Shown here in pieces: positions 15,703 through 25,566 of a DNA stretch of 33,995 bases; the first letter of the stretch is position 1, and each line of letters opens with the position of its first letter. A program made the position numbers and the translations under genes. The notes under the pieces are model-generated. The model was not told the DNA's origin and ran no database searches. It was given only the letters and a program-made list of their open reading frames with translations. The DNA lies in the NCBI GenBank assembly GCA_031362565.1, contig JANLSU010000021.1:1-33995 (forward strand), written 5' to 3'. Source of the DNA: a bacterium. GTDB lineage: Bacteria > Krumholzibacteriota > Krumholzibacteriia > G020349025.

Positions 15703-18700
15703 GTGCGCATTCGCAAACATCAGATCGTGACTTTGGCAGCCCTCGCAGCGGCGGCCGGGACGATCGTGGTGCTGTGGAACTACACGTCGATCGTGTCCCA
15801 ACAGGTGAGCCGGCGCTTCACCGACAACCTCCTCCGTGAGCATGGCTACCAACTCGAAATGGATGCCGTCCGTGGTTCGGCGCGCGGTGAGATTCTGCTC
15901 TTGCACCCGCGCATTTCGACCGTCGGGGACTCGAGCCGCGTCATACTGCGTGCCGATGCAGTGCGCATCGGCGTGCGGCAGTTGCGGGCCCTGTTCGAGG
16001 GCCGGGTGACGATCGCCACGCTGCGCATCGAGCGGCCGCGCATCGAATGGTCGCCGGGGATGCTGGCGGCGGGCAAACCGGCCGACCCGACCGTGCCGCG
16101 GCGCTTCCCACGTTTGGCGATCGACGCGTTGGAAATCGTCGACGCGCGGATCACCCGGGCGGGGGCCCGCCCTGACGAACTCTTGGCCGATCACGTCGAT
16201 CTGCGAGCGCGCATCGATGCGAAACCCGAACAACTACACGTCGTCATCGAAAGCGGCCGTGCCGTGCTGTCGGCTGACAGCTTGGAAGTCAAGGCGCTGC
16301 GCGCCGAGGCCATTGTCGAAGGTGACAGCCTCCGGGTCGAGAACTTGCAAGTTCAAACGGGTGCTTCGGAACTCGAAATCAAAGCTGGCGTGGCACTCGG
16401 TACCGGCATGGTGCACGCGGTCGTGCAAGCGCGCCCGATGGATTTGGGTGAGCTCGCGCGCTTCGTGCCTGCGGTCCGGTCGCGAGGCCGGGTCCAAGGC
16501 TCGGCCCGCGTTGTGGGTACGGCGCGCGAAGCACATCTCGAGGGCACGGTGGGTGGAACCATCGACCGGTGGACGCTGACCGGTGTCGCGGTCGATGCCA
16601 CGGCCGCACCGGGTCACGTCGTCGTGCGGCGCGCGCATGGCACCGTCAACGGATGCAGCCTCGATGCGCGTCTCGAGACGCACGGCGAGGCCTGGTCGGG
16701 ACGCGTGCAGCTCGAGAACGTCGACCTGCACGGTATCGACTCGCTCGCGACGGCGGCGCTGCCGCCGCATCAATTGAACGGCACCGTCGACTTCCAACGT
16801 CAAGGCCCCACCGATTCGCTGCGGCTCGAGGTGAATTTGGCCGCGAGCCGGTTCGGAACGCTGCCGATCGACCGGGTCCGTGGCCGGGTTGTCGTGCTCG
16901 GTACGGCCGTGCGCGTCCAGGGCGCCGAGGTCGAAAGCCCGCTCGGCAACCTGCGCACCGACGGACGCGCCGACGCTCAAACCGTCGACGCCACCTTCGA
17001 TCTGGAGACCACCGCGCTCGACGGCGTGTTGGCGGCAATCGGCCGCTCGGGAATCGCGGGCGGCCTCGCGGGAGATTGGACGGCGCAAGGCCGGGTGTTC
17101 GGTCCGCGGCAGGCGCTCCGGCTCGAAGCCGATTCGAAATTCGCCACCTGGACCCTCCGCGGTGCGACTGCGAGCCATGGCACGCTTGCCGCGTGGGGGC
17201 GTGACTTGGGGCCGCACGCGGCATTCGATTTGGAGTTGCGAGTCGATTCGCTCTTGGCCGGCGGCCATGCGCTGCGCGATCTGAGTGCCGACATGTCCTG
17301 GGCGAACGAAATGCTGCACATCACCCGCAGCCAAGTGACGGCCGGTGACACGCTCGTCGCTGCCGCCGCCTCGGTCCAACCGCTCAAGCGCGATTGGGCC
17401 GGCACGGCCGGCGCTTCGACGCGGGTGCGGCTCGAAACCGCACTGGTGCGCCTGGGCGCCACGGAAATTCGCGTCGAGGACCCGGGCACCATATGGTGGC
17501 GCCAGGGTGCGGTACGCGTCGATTCACTGCATTTTGTCACGCGCGGCGGGACCTTGGGGCTCGACGGCACCGCCGATTGGCAGGCGCGCACGGTCGATGC
17601 GCGCGCCAAATTCGAAGCAGTCGACTTTGTTCTCCTGCGCGAACTGGCCCGCGCCCATTGGCCGGTGCAGGGCGCGGCCTCCGGCTTCGTGACAGCGCGC
17701 GGCAGCCTGGATCGGACCCAGTTGGATGCGGTTCTCGACGTCCGAGAGGGCCGCTGGGATTCGCTCGCCCTCGACAGTTTGCACGTCGTGATCGCCAGTG
17801 ACGACGCCGGGATCGCGTTGCGTTCGTTGCGGGTTGCGACACCCTTTGGCAGGCTCGCGGCGACGGCGCGTCTCGGAGCCCTGCCGGCGCTCGGACTCGC
17901 CTGGGACCGCGCCCATCCGGGCGCGCTGCGGGATCGACTCGCGGGTGCCACGTTGGTTGCCACCATCCGGGCCGACAGTGTCGACGTTGCGCGCTGGGCG
18001 GCGCTCGGGCGGCCCGCGGCCTTGCCGCGCTGGGGCGGCAAGATCTCGACCGTGATCACCGCGGACGGCACTTTGTCGAAACCCCACTTGCACGCCACGG
18101 GAGGAGCGGAGCAGGTGCATGTCGGGCCGCGCGATATCGGCGCGATTACCTACACGCTCGACTATGCCGGCGACAAGTTGGCGGTGCGCGACATGGAGGT
18201 GCGCAACGGCAACCAGGTCGCCACCATCCATGGCATGGTGCCGGTGCACATCGACGGCAGTCGCGGCGTCGTGTGGCTGCGCGACCAGGCTGTCGAGGGT
18301 GACCTCGTGCTGCCGCAGAGCTCATTTGCGATCGTCCAGCGCTTCTTGCCGGTGATCGAAGCGGCGCCCGCGCCGCTCGCGCCGGGTGACATCGAGGGGC
18401 ATCTCAAAGTCGGCGGTACACTCGGCTCGCCGCTCGTCACGGGTGGGTTCACGGTCGATGGTGCGGCATTCAGCCTGCGTGATATGGAGGAAGTGTATCG
18501 CGACGTGCATGCGGTCGGAAAGTTCGAGGGCACGACTCTGACGTTGACGGAATTGCGCGGTTCGACCGGGCCGCAGGGGCGCGTGACGGGTACAGGCAAG
18601 GTCGAACTCAAGAATTGGGTCCTGGACAGCTTTACGTACAACGTCGATTTGGTTCGCGTCCCGGTCTACTCGTTGCCCGAAGTGAATGCGATCGTCAACG

Positions 18701-19653
18701 GCCACTTGGAGATCAAGAGCCAACGCGTCGTGGCCGGACGTCCGCCGGTGCCGGACATCCATGGCAACCTGGTGATCGTCGAAGCCCGCATTACCCAAGA
18801 GTTCACGTCCAATGCGTCTGGCTCCAACGCGCTCATCGATACCGACGCGCCGCCATGGCTTGCGACGATCCCCGGACTGACACTGCAAGCCGAGGATGGC
18901 AACGTGCGGCTCGACAACTCGCTCGTTGACGCCGAGTTGGCCGGCACGCTGGTCGTCCGGCGCACGCGGCAGCGGCTCGATTTCGTGGGTACGATCCGCA
19001 TCAAGCGCGGCCGCTATTTGGACTACCTGCACTATTTCACGATCAAGGAGGGGAATCTCGAATTCGGCCAGTTTCCCGGTTTCAACCCGCAACTGGACGT
19101 GCGTGGCGAAACGGGGCGGCCGGGGCAGCGCATCTATGTCACTTTGACCGGGACGGCCTTGCAGCCCGAACTGCGCTTTTCGTCGGAGTCGGCGGCCGTC
19201 AGCGCCGAGGATGCGGAGCGCTCGGCGATCGGGCCGCAGGACGATGTCTACGGCCCCGGAGCGGCGTACTTGGGCACTCGCGCCCTCCAAGAAACCCGCA
19301 AGCTGGCGCAAGGCGTGCCGATCGTCAAGGAACTGGATCGGCTGCGCGACATCTCGATCGATCCGGGGCAATCGCAATCGAACGACCCCACCAACCCGAC
19401 GACCCAGAATGCCAACCGGTTCTCCAACTTGTCCCTCAACCTGAGTGCCGGTTTGCCGCTCAGTGACCGCCTGTACCTCATTTACACGCACGGCGTGGGC
19501 AGCGACATCCAGGAACGCGTCGCGGTCGAACTGGGGCTGTCGCAGCGTTTGCTCTTGGAAGCCAAGTACGAACGCCGCAGCATCACCGAAGGCGGCACCG
19601 ACCAGTCACAAAATGCCTTCGATCTCGACTTCAAGTTCCGGCACGAGTACTGA
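15703..19653 (+). CDS. tamB: Translocation/assembly module TamB-like (AsmA-like, DUF490) protein
   Basis: N-terminal membrane anchor; ~1300 aa of beta-strand repeats; DUF490-like C-terminus (RGRY, NPQLDVRG, VTLTGT..PELRFSS) ending DFKFRHEY; GGGAG RBS before GTG 15703. Confidence 0.88.
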   Translation: MRIRKHQIVTLAALAAAAGTIVVLWNYTSIVSQQVSRRFTDNLLREHGYQLEMDAVRGSARGEILLLHPRISTVGDSSRVILRADAVRIGVRQLRALFEGRVTIATLRIERPRIEWSPGMLAAGKPADPTVPRRFPRLAIDALEIVDARITRAGARPDELLADHVDLRARIDAKPEQLHVVIESGRAVLSADSLEVKALRAEAIVEGDSLRVENLQVQTGASELEIKAGVALGTGMVHAVVQARPMDLGELARFVPAVRSRGRVQGSARVVGTAREAHLEGTVGGTIDRWTLTGVAVDATAAPGHVVVRRAHGTVNGCSLDARLETHGEAWSGRVQLENVDLHGIDSLATAALPPHQLNGTVDFQRQGPTDSLRLEVNLAASRFGTLPIDRVRGRVVVLGTAVRVQGAEVESPLGNLRTDGRADAQTVDATFDLETTALDGVLAAIGRSGIAGGLAGDWTAQGRVFGPRQALRLEADSKFATWTLRGATASHGTLAAWGRDLGPHAAFDLELRVDSLLAGGHALRDLSADMSWANEMLHITRSQVTAGDTLVAAAASVQPLKRDWAGTAGASTRVRLETALVRLGATEIRVEDPGTIWWRQGAVRVDSLHFVTRGGTLGLDGTADWQARTVDARAKFEAVDFVLLRELARAHWPVQGAASGFVTARGSLDRTQLDAVLDVREGRWDSLALDSLHVVIASDDAGIALRSLRVATPFGRLAATARLGALPALGLAWDRAHPGALRDRLAGATLVATIRADSVDVARWAALGRPAALPRWGGKISTVITADGTLSKPHLHATGGAEQVHVGPRDIGAITYTLDYAGDKLAVRDMEVRNGNQVATIHGMVPVHIDGSRGVVWLRDQAVEGDLVLPQSSFAIVQRFLPVIEAAPAPLAPGDIEGHLKVGGTLGSPLVTGGFTVDGAAFSLRDMEEVYRDVHAVGKFEGTTLTLTELRGSTGPQGRVTGTGKVELKNWVLDSFTYNVDLVRVPVYSLPEVNAIVNGHLEIKSQRVVAGRPPVPDIHGNLVIVEARITQEFTSNASGSNALIDTDAPPWLATIPGLTLQAEDGNVRLDNSLVDAELAGTLVVRRTRQRLDFVGTIRIKRGRYLDYLHYFTIKEGNLEFGQFPGFNPQLDVRGETGRPGQRIYVTLTGTALQPELRFSSESAAVSAEDAERSAIGPQDDVYGPGAAYLGTRALQETRKLAQGVPIVKELDRLRDISIDPGQSQSNDPTNPTTQNANRFSNLSLNLSAGLPLSDRLYLIYTHGVGSDIQERVAVELGLSQRLLLEAKYERRSITEGGTDQSQNAFDLDFKFRHEY

Positions 19654-19693
19654 GGGCCTCGACAATCCCCACGCCCTATGGAATGATGCGCCG

Positions 19694-21997
19694 GTGGAAG
19701 ACTCACTCGCGCACTTGAATCCAGAACAACACCGCGCCGTCACGGCGGGCGACGGCCCGTGGCTCATTCTGGCCGGCGCCGGCAGCGGCAAGACGCGCGT
19801 TCTCACGTCGCGCATCGCCCACTTGATTCAAAACCGCGGCGTGGCACCGTATCGCATTCTGGCCTTCACGTTCACCAACAAAGCGGCACGCGAGATGCGG
19901 AGCCGGGTCGAAGGCATGCTGGCCGGCACCTCCGGGGATTGCTGGCTCGGCACTTTCCATTCGATCGGCGTGCGCATTCTGCGGCGCGAGGCGGAGCGGC
20001 TCGGCTGGCAGCGCAATTTCGCCATCTACGACACCGAAGACACCGAATCGGTCTACAAGAAGCTGCTCGAGGGACGCACGGTGGCGCGCCATGTGAGCGC
20101 CTCGGAGGCTCGCAATGTCGTCAGCGCTTGGAAGAACGGCCGCGTGTCGCCGGACGCGGCGCACCGCGCCGCCGGCGACGAGCGCGAGCGGTTGCTGGCG
20201 GAGCTGTTCGTGGACTACGAGAAGGCGCTCAGGCGCAACAATGCCTTCGACTTCGACGACCTCATCGGCAAACCGGTACAGCTCTTCGAATCGGATCCGG
20301 AAGTCCTGAAATCGTATGCCACCCGGTTCCAGCACGTCCTCGTCGACGAGTTTCAGGACACCAACGACATCCAGCTGACCTATATCGACCTCCTGTCGAG
20401 CCACTACGGGAACCTGTTCGTGGTCGGCGACGACGACCAGTCGATCTACGGATGGCGCGGCGCCAAGATCGAGAACATCCTGGAGTTCGACCGCCGTTTG
20501 CCGCAGACGCAGACGGTGCGGTTGGAACAGAACTACCGATCGACGGCGCCGATCCTGAATGCCGCCAACCATGTGATCGCTCATAACCGTGGCCGCCGCG
20601 GCAAAACGTTGTGGACGGCACGCGAGGGCGGTGAGGCGCTGCATCTGAGCTTTCACACCGACGAGGAAGAGGAAGGGCTGCGGGTGGCGCAGGTCGTCCA
20701 GGAATGGACGGCCGCCGGGCGGTCGCGCAACGAGGTCGCGGTGCTCTATCGCACGAACGCCCAGTCGCGAGCCCTGGAAGATGCCCTGCGCCGCGCCAAC
20801 CTGCCCTACCAGATCATCGGCGGAACACGCTTCTACGAGCGGCGCGAAGTGCGCGATGTCGTGGCCTATCTGAAGGCGGTGCACAATCCCGCCGATGCCG
20901 TTTCACTGCAGCGCATCCTGAACGTGCCGCGCCGCGGCATCGGCGACACGACCATCGATCGCCTGAACGAGGCCGCGGCGGCCGCCGGTTCGACGCTTGG
21001 GGCGGTGATCGAGCATCCCGGAGCCGCCGGACTGAATGCCGGCGCGCTGCGCAAGATCGCCGAGTTCGGCAAACTGTTCGCGGAATTGCAGGCGCTCGCG
21101 GCGACCGGCAGCTGCGTCGAGGTCGTGCAGGCCGTCGTGGATCGCACCCGCTACTTCGAATACCTGAAGGAGAGCGATCCGGCCACCTTCCAAGCGCGGC
21201 GCGAGAACGTCGAAGAACTCGTTTCGGCGGCCCAGGCCTTCACGGAAGAGTCGACCGACGACCCGAGCCTGCGCGCCTTCTTGGAAGAGATCGCCCTCGT
21301 CTCCGACATCGACCGCCTGGACGAGAAGGCCGAGATGGTGACGTTGATGACACTGCACATGGCCAAGGGTCTCGAGTTTCCGGTCGTGGTGCTGACCGGG
21401 CTCGAGGAACGCCTGCTGCCGCACGCTTCGAATATGGAAGATCTGGCGGGACTCGAGGAGGAGCGCCGGCTCTTCTACGTCGGCATGACGCGCGCTGAAG
21501 AACGCCTGTACCTGATGTCGGCCAGCAACCGGCGCCGCTACGGCAATTACGAGCCCATGATGCAATCGCGTTTCCTCGCCGACCTGCCGGAAGATGGGGT
21601 GATCGTCGAAACGCCGCGCCAAGGGCCGCCGCGCCGCGCCGCCTGGTCGTCGCGCCAAGACTCGTGGCGTTCGTATCGGGAAGGCGATCCCGATACGTTC
21701 TGGGGCGCTCAGGGCCTGGATCCGAATACCTTCGAATCGCACGGCCTCAAAGCCCGTAACGCCGCCGCCCGCGCGGCAGTGCCGCCGGCCCGTCCGCTCG
21801 GCTGGGCCGAAGGGGAGGAGTCGCAGGAATCCACCACGCTCGAGGTTGGGATGCGCGTGCGGCACGAAAAGTTTGGCGAGGGCCAAGTTTTGCGGCTCGA
21901 AGGGCACGGCGACATGATGAAAGTGACCGTGATGTTCGGACGCAACGAACAAAAGAAATTCGTGGCGCGCTATGCGCGGCTCGTGCCGGTGTCGTGA
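19694..21997 (+). CDS. uvrD: UvrD/PcrA ATP-dependent DNA helicase
   Basis: AGAGSGKT, TFTNKAA, VDEFQDTN, VGDDDQSIYGWRGA, LEQNYRS, LYRTNAQS, TLHMAKGLEF and EERRLFYVGMTRA; C-terminal Tudor-like VGMRVRHEKFGEG. Confidence 0.97.
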   Translation: MEDSLAHLNPEQHRAVTAGDGPWLILAGAGSGKTRVLTSRIAHLIQNRGVAPYRILAFTFTNKAAREMRSRVEGMLAGTSGDCWLGTFHSIGVRILRREAERLGWQRNFAIYDTEDTESVYKKLLEGRTVARHVSASEARNVVSAWKNGRVSPDAAHRAAGDERERLLAELFVDYEKALRRNNAFDFDDLIGKPVQLFESDPEVLKSYATRFQHVLVDEFQDTNDIQLTYIDLLSSHYGNLFVVGDDDQSIYGWRGAKIENILEFDRRLPQTQTVRLEQNYRSTAPILNAANHVIAHNRGRRGKTLWTAREGGEALHLSFHTDEEEEGLRVAQVVQEWTAAGRSRNEVAVLYRTNAQSRALEDALRRANLPYQIIGGTRFYERREVRDVVAYLKAVHNPADAVSLQRILNVPRRGIGDTTIDRLNEAAAAAGSTLGAVIEHPGAAGLNAGALRKIAEFGKLFAELQALAATGSCVEVVQAVVDRTRYFEYLKESDPATFQARRENVEELVSAAQAFTEESTDDPSLRAFLEEIALVSDIDRLDEKAEMVTLMTLHMAKGLEFPVVVLTGLEERLLPHASNMEDLAGLEEERRLFYVGMTRAEERLYLMSASNRRRYGNYEPMMQSRFLADLPEDGVIVETPRQGPPRRAAWSSRQDSWRSYREGDPDTFWGAQGLDPNTFESHGLKARNAAARAAVPPARPLGWAEGEESQESTTLEVGMRVRHEKFGEGQVLRLEGHGDMMKVTVMFGRNEQKKFVARYARLVPVS

Positions 21998-23169
21998 GCC
22001 GGCGCCGTCAACGGGCCGGCGGGGCCGTGGCGCACCTTCGCCCGACCTGTCGTGTTGCGGGCGGCGCGCCGGCGTTCGGCAGTCGCGAGCAGTCCCACCG
22101 CGACCAAGATGAATCCCAATGACGCCCAGTCTTCGCGCGCCGGGGCCTTGCCCTCGAACACGATCCAGAAGATGAGCGTCGCCGTCGTCCCGGCGATGAG
22201 CGAGGTCAGGCGGTTCACGAGTCCCGAGAACGTCGCCGTGCGGCCCTTGAAAATGAACAAGAACACCGAGAAAAAGGCGACGATACCGTAGGACGTGCCC
22301 GCCAGTGCCGCCTTCGGCCAGTCGGCGTGCGGGGTGCGAATCGCACCTTGAATCTGTCCGATGGCGTTCATCAGGCCGGTCGCATCCGGAGCCACGCGCC
22401 AGGCCAGAATGACCACGGTGACCAGGACCAACGTCGTGAACGCCGCCATCTGCTCGACGGCGAAGAATCCCTTGTCGTTCATGCGGATGCCTGGCCCGCG
22501 GGTGTTCTTGTAATAGTTCATGATGTAGATGCGCAGCCCATAGGCCACCACATAACTGCCGAGGATGCCCATGGCGGCCGTCGAGTGCAGGAAATCGAAC
22601 GCCCCATTGGTCGACGGCGCGAAGAAAAGTGTCGTTGCAACGGCGAGTAACGCGAAAAACACTGCCCAGTTCTCGAGCGGATGCACCCGCTTGTGGAGCA
22701 GCCCTTGGCGGATTTGAATCGCATCGACGATGCGGCTGACGATGATCACCGCGCCGCGCATGATCACCATGGCCAGCATGACCGTGATCGGCAGGCTGAA
22801 CATGAGCGTCGTGGCCGGAATGATGATCGCCGTCAGCACCCCGGATGGCAAAATGTAGAGCCACTCGGACGGGAATCGGAACCGGCCCCACTGGATCGGT
22901 CGGTTCGATTCGAGGCGATACCAGCGCAGTCCAAGGCAGACAATCAGCGCGATGACCGAGCCGCCAATCGTGCTGTAGGCGAGCCACTGCATCGGGCTCA
23001 AGCCGGGGAAGCCCTGCTCGGCTTCGGCCTGGAAGTACTTGACCGCCGTGCCGTACACGACGTACGAAGCGTAGTAGCCTAGGCAGTACTGCAGCAGTCG
23101 CCCGGTGCTGCCCTCCGGCGTCCTCCATCTCACGTCAGGCCTCCGGTCGCCGCGAGTCCTCACGCGCAT
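21970..23169 (-). CDS. Hypothetical ~10-TM membrane protein, DMT/EamA-like topology
   Basis: About ten hydrophobic segments in two halves; start uncertain (23169 ATG or 23133 GTG). Confidence 0.8.
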   Translation of the reverse strand: MRVRTRGDRRPDVRWRTPEGSTGRLLQYCLGYYASYVVYGTAVKYFQAEAEQGFPGLSPMQWLAYSTIGGSVIALIVCLGLRWYRLESNRPIQWGRFRFPSEWLYILPSGVLTAIIIPATTLMFSLPITVMLAMVIMRGAVIIVSRIVDAIQIRQGLLHKRVHPLENWAVFFALLAVATTLFFAPSTNGAFDFLHSTAAMGILGSYVVAYGLRIYIMNYYKNTRGPGIRMNDKGFFAVEQMAAFTTLVLVTVVILAWRVAPDATGLMNAIGQIQGAIRTPHADWPKAALAGTSYGIVAFFSVFLFIFKGRTATFSGLVNRLTSLIAGTTATLIFWIVFEGKAPAREDWASLGFILVAVGLLATAERRRAARNTTGRAKVRHGPAGPLTAPAHDTGTSRA

Positions 23170-23240
23170 GATAGGCTCCCGGAGCGGACGCCGCCAGTCT
23201 GCAGTGCAGCTTCTTTCGTCGAGCCGAAGGGAAACCCGCC

Positions 23241-23891
23241 GTGTCCGAGAATCCGACCCTCGTGACCGCCGAACATTTTCGCTATGTCGCCGCCCGCACG
23301 ACGCAGGAGGACGCGTTCTTGCGCGAACTCAAGCAAGCGGCACGTGACGCCGGAATTCCCGCCATCTGGATCGCGCCGGAGCAAGCGAGCTTCATGCAGA
23401 TTCTGCTGAAGCTGCACAGCGCGCGCCACGTCGTGGAAGTCGGCACTCTTGCCGGCCTGTCGGCGATTTGCATGGCCCGCGCCCTGCCGGCCGATGGGCG
23501 CGTGCATACCATCGAACTCGACCCCAAGCACGCGGACTTCGCCCAGCACTGGATCGCCAAGTCGGACGTTGCGGGGCGCGTGCTCTTGCATCGCGGCGCC
23601 GGCCAGACCGTGCTGCCGACCTTGCCGAGTGACTGGGCGGACGCGGTGTTTCTCGATGCCGACAAGGCGGGCTACAAGGACTACCTGCGGGAATCGATGC
23701 GAATTCTGCATCGTGGCGGCTTGGTCATGGTCGACAACGCGTTCGCATTCGGCCAGTTGCTGCAAGCGAATGCCACCGACCGCGAGGTTGCGGCGGTGCG
23801 CGACTTCAACGAACACATGGCACATTTCCCGGGCCTGCACAGCGTCATCGTGCCGCTGGGCGACGGCCTGTGGGTCGGCGTGAAGAACTGA
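23241..23891 (+). CDS. SAM-dependent O-methyltransferase (caffeoyl-CoA OMT / Methyltransf_3 family)
   Basis: VVEVGTLAGLS, FLDADK and GGLVMVDN motifs, ending PLGDG. Confidence 0.93.
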   Translation: MSENPTLVTAEHFRYVAARTTQEDAFLRELKQAARDAGIPAIWIAPEQASFMQILLKLHSARHVVEVGTLAGLSAICMARALPADGRVHTIELDPKHADFAQHWIAKSDVAGRVLLHRGAGQTVLPTLPSDWADAVFLDADKAGYKDYLRESMRILHRGGLVMVDNAFAFGQLLQANATDREVAAVRDFNEHMAHFPGLHSVIVPLGDGLWVGVKN

Positions 23892-23941
23892 CGCGCGTCG
23901 GCGCGCGTCGCATTTCTAACCGGGGTTGGAGGAACGAGACG

Positions 23942-24211
23942 ATGAGTGACACACCACCGGATCGCGTCGCAGCCGATCCGCGGAGCCCATTCTACAATGA
24001 AGCTGCTTTGGAACGCGGCGTGGGCATCCGCTTCAACGGCGTCGAAAAGACGACGGTCGAGGAGTACTGCGTCAGCGAAGGTTGGATCCGCATCCCGGCG
24101 AGCAAGAGCCTCGACCGCTATGGCCGGCCGCTGTTGGTCAAACTGACCGGCAAAGTCGAAGCCTACTTCCGCGACATCGTCGACGGCGCGAAGCCCAACA
24201 CGCCGGCGTGA
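23942..24211 (+). CDS. DUF3297 family protein
   Basis: PPDR...DPRSPFY, GIRFNGVEKT.VEEYCVSEGW and DRYGRP...LTGKVEAYF pattern; GGAGG RBS. Confidence 0.9.
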   Translation: MSDTPPDRVAADPRSPFYNEAALERGVGIRFNGVEKTTVEEYCVSEGWIRIPASKSLDRYGRPLLVKLTGKVEAYFRDIVDGAKPNTPA

Positions 24212-25097
24212 TCAGGCGCCGAGCGCCGGCCAATCGGCGGCGGTGGACCCTGGACGGCACGGGCTGCCACGGCCCGAGCACCGTGTGCTCTAAGGTCGCG
24301 GTGGGATGTGCGGCGTCGAACCAAACGGCGTGCAGCGTCGGCCCCTGGCCGGGATTGACGGCGAGGGTGGCACCGACGTATTCCGCGAAGGCGCCGCCGC
24401 GATGCTCGACTTCGGTGACGTGGCCGTGCAGCGAGATTGCCGGCTCCGACGTTTCCAAGAAAGTGCGCAGTGCGTGGCTGCCTGTGTGCCGCCCGTACGC
24501 GAGGTCGAGCCCGGTATTGCGCGGCGGACAGTGCGACACAAAGATGCTCCGGCCGCGCCGGACCTCGGGCGCCAGTGCCGCGAGATCCATTTCGATCGAC
24601 TCACTGCCGTCGGTCGGCAACGTGACGCTTCCCGGCGTCCCACCGCGTGTCCCGAATCCGGACGCAACCCCGTCCAGCACGGCGCTCTTCGCCGGGCTGA
24701 AATGGTCGAGTCGCTCATGGTCCTTGGCGCAAAACGGCGTCAACGGGACGTAGGGATAACCGAGAACATGAATCTCGGACCCGAGCTCGACGGGCGAATC
24801 CGCCAGCCAGCGCACGAAGTCCGGCGCCGTGCGCGCGCGGAGCACGTCCAGCGCCACTGCCCAGTCGTCGTTGCCGGGCACGATGCCTACCGCTTCGACG
24901 CCCGCATCACGGAGCCGGCCGAGAGTCTCCAGAAAGGTGCCGCGCGCAAAATGAGTCTGGGTGGCCGGATCGCCCGCGAAGAGGTCGCCGCCGAAGACGA
25001 CCATCGCCGGGCGCAAGCGTTCCACCCAGCGTACGAGCTCCGTGTAGAGCTCGCGCCGGGCCTGCAGATCGGACGTGAAGAGGATGCGGGATGGCAT
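24138..25097 (-). CDS. Calcineurin-like (Icc-related) metallophosphoesterase
   Basis: ILFTSDLQ, GGDL, PGNDD, SHCPP, LHGHVTE and VNPG motifs. Confidence 0.85.
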   Translation of the reverse strand: MPSRILFTSDLQARRELYTELVRWVERLRPAMVVFGGDLFAGDPATQTHFARGTFLETLGRLRDAGVEAVGIVPGNDDWAVALDVLRARTAPDFVRWLADSPVELGSEIHVLGYPYVPLTPFCAKDHERLDHFSPAKSAVLDGVASGFGTRGGTPGSVTLPTDGSESIEMDLAALAPEVRRGRSIFVSHCPPRNTGLDLAYGRHTGSHALRTFLETSEPAISLHGHVTEVEHRGGAFAEYVGATLAVNPGQGPTLHAVWFDAAHPTATLEHTVLGPWQPVPSRVHRRRLAGARRLITPACWASRRRRCRGSRLRLCRSV

Positions 25098-25260
25098 CAA
25101 GTCTCCGTACGGCCCGTGTCAGGTTGGCGGCTAGGCCGCACTCGGACCGTATGCTACTCTCGGCCCGCCGGACAACTGAAAATGCCACCGCCGTCCGGAC
25201 GCCGTCCTTGGCGGGCCGCCCCGCGGGAAGGCTATTCGAGGTCCTTTGGGACAGGAATCC

Positions 25261-25566
25261 ATGCGAATTTCCGATCAGGACGTGCGGCATTTGGAGGCTC
25301 TGGCGGCGCTCCGGTTGGCGCCTGCCGACCGGGAACCGATGCGCGTCCACCTCGAACGCATTCTCGAATATATGGAACAGTTGAACGCCGTCGACGTCAC
25401 CGGCGTGCCGCCGACCTCGCACGTGCTCGACGCGGGCAACGTCCTGCGGGACGACCAGGTCGTGGCCTCGCTTCCCGTGGCCGACGTCTTGCGCAATGCT
25501 CCGGACGCCAGCGGCTCCTTCTATCGCGTGCCGCGCTTCGTCGGTGAAGCGGAGGCGGAGGCGTGA
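25261..25566 (+). CDS. gatC: Asp/Glu-tRNA amidotransferase subunit C
   Basis: V.HL..LA.L, ILEYMEQL..VD..GVPPT, LRDD, NAP and YRVPR motifs; coupled to gatA. Confidence 0.95.
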   Translation: MRISDQDVRHLEALAALRLAPADREPMRVHLERILEYMEQLNAVDVTGVPPTSHVLDAGNVLRDDQVVASLPVADVLRNAPDASGSFYRVPRFVGEAEAEA

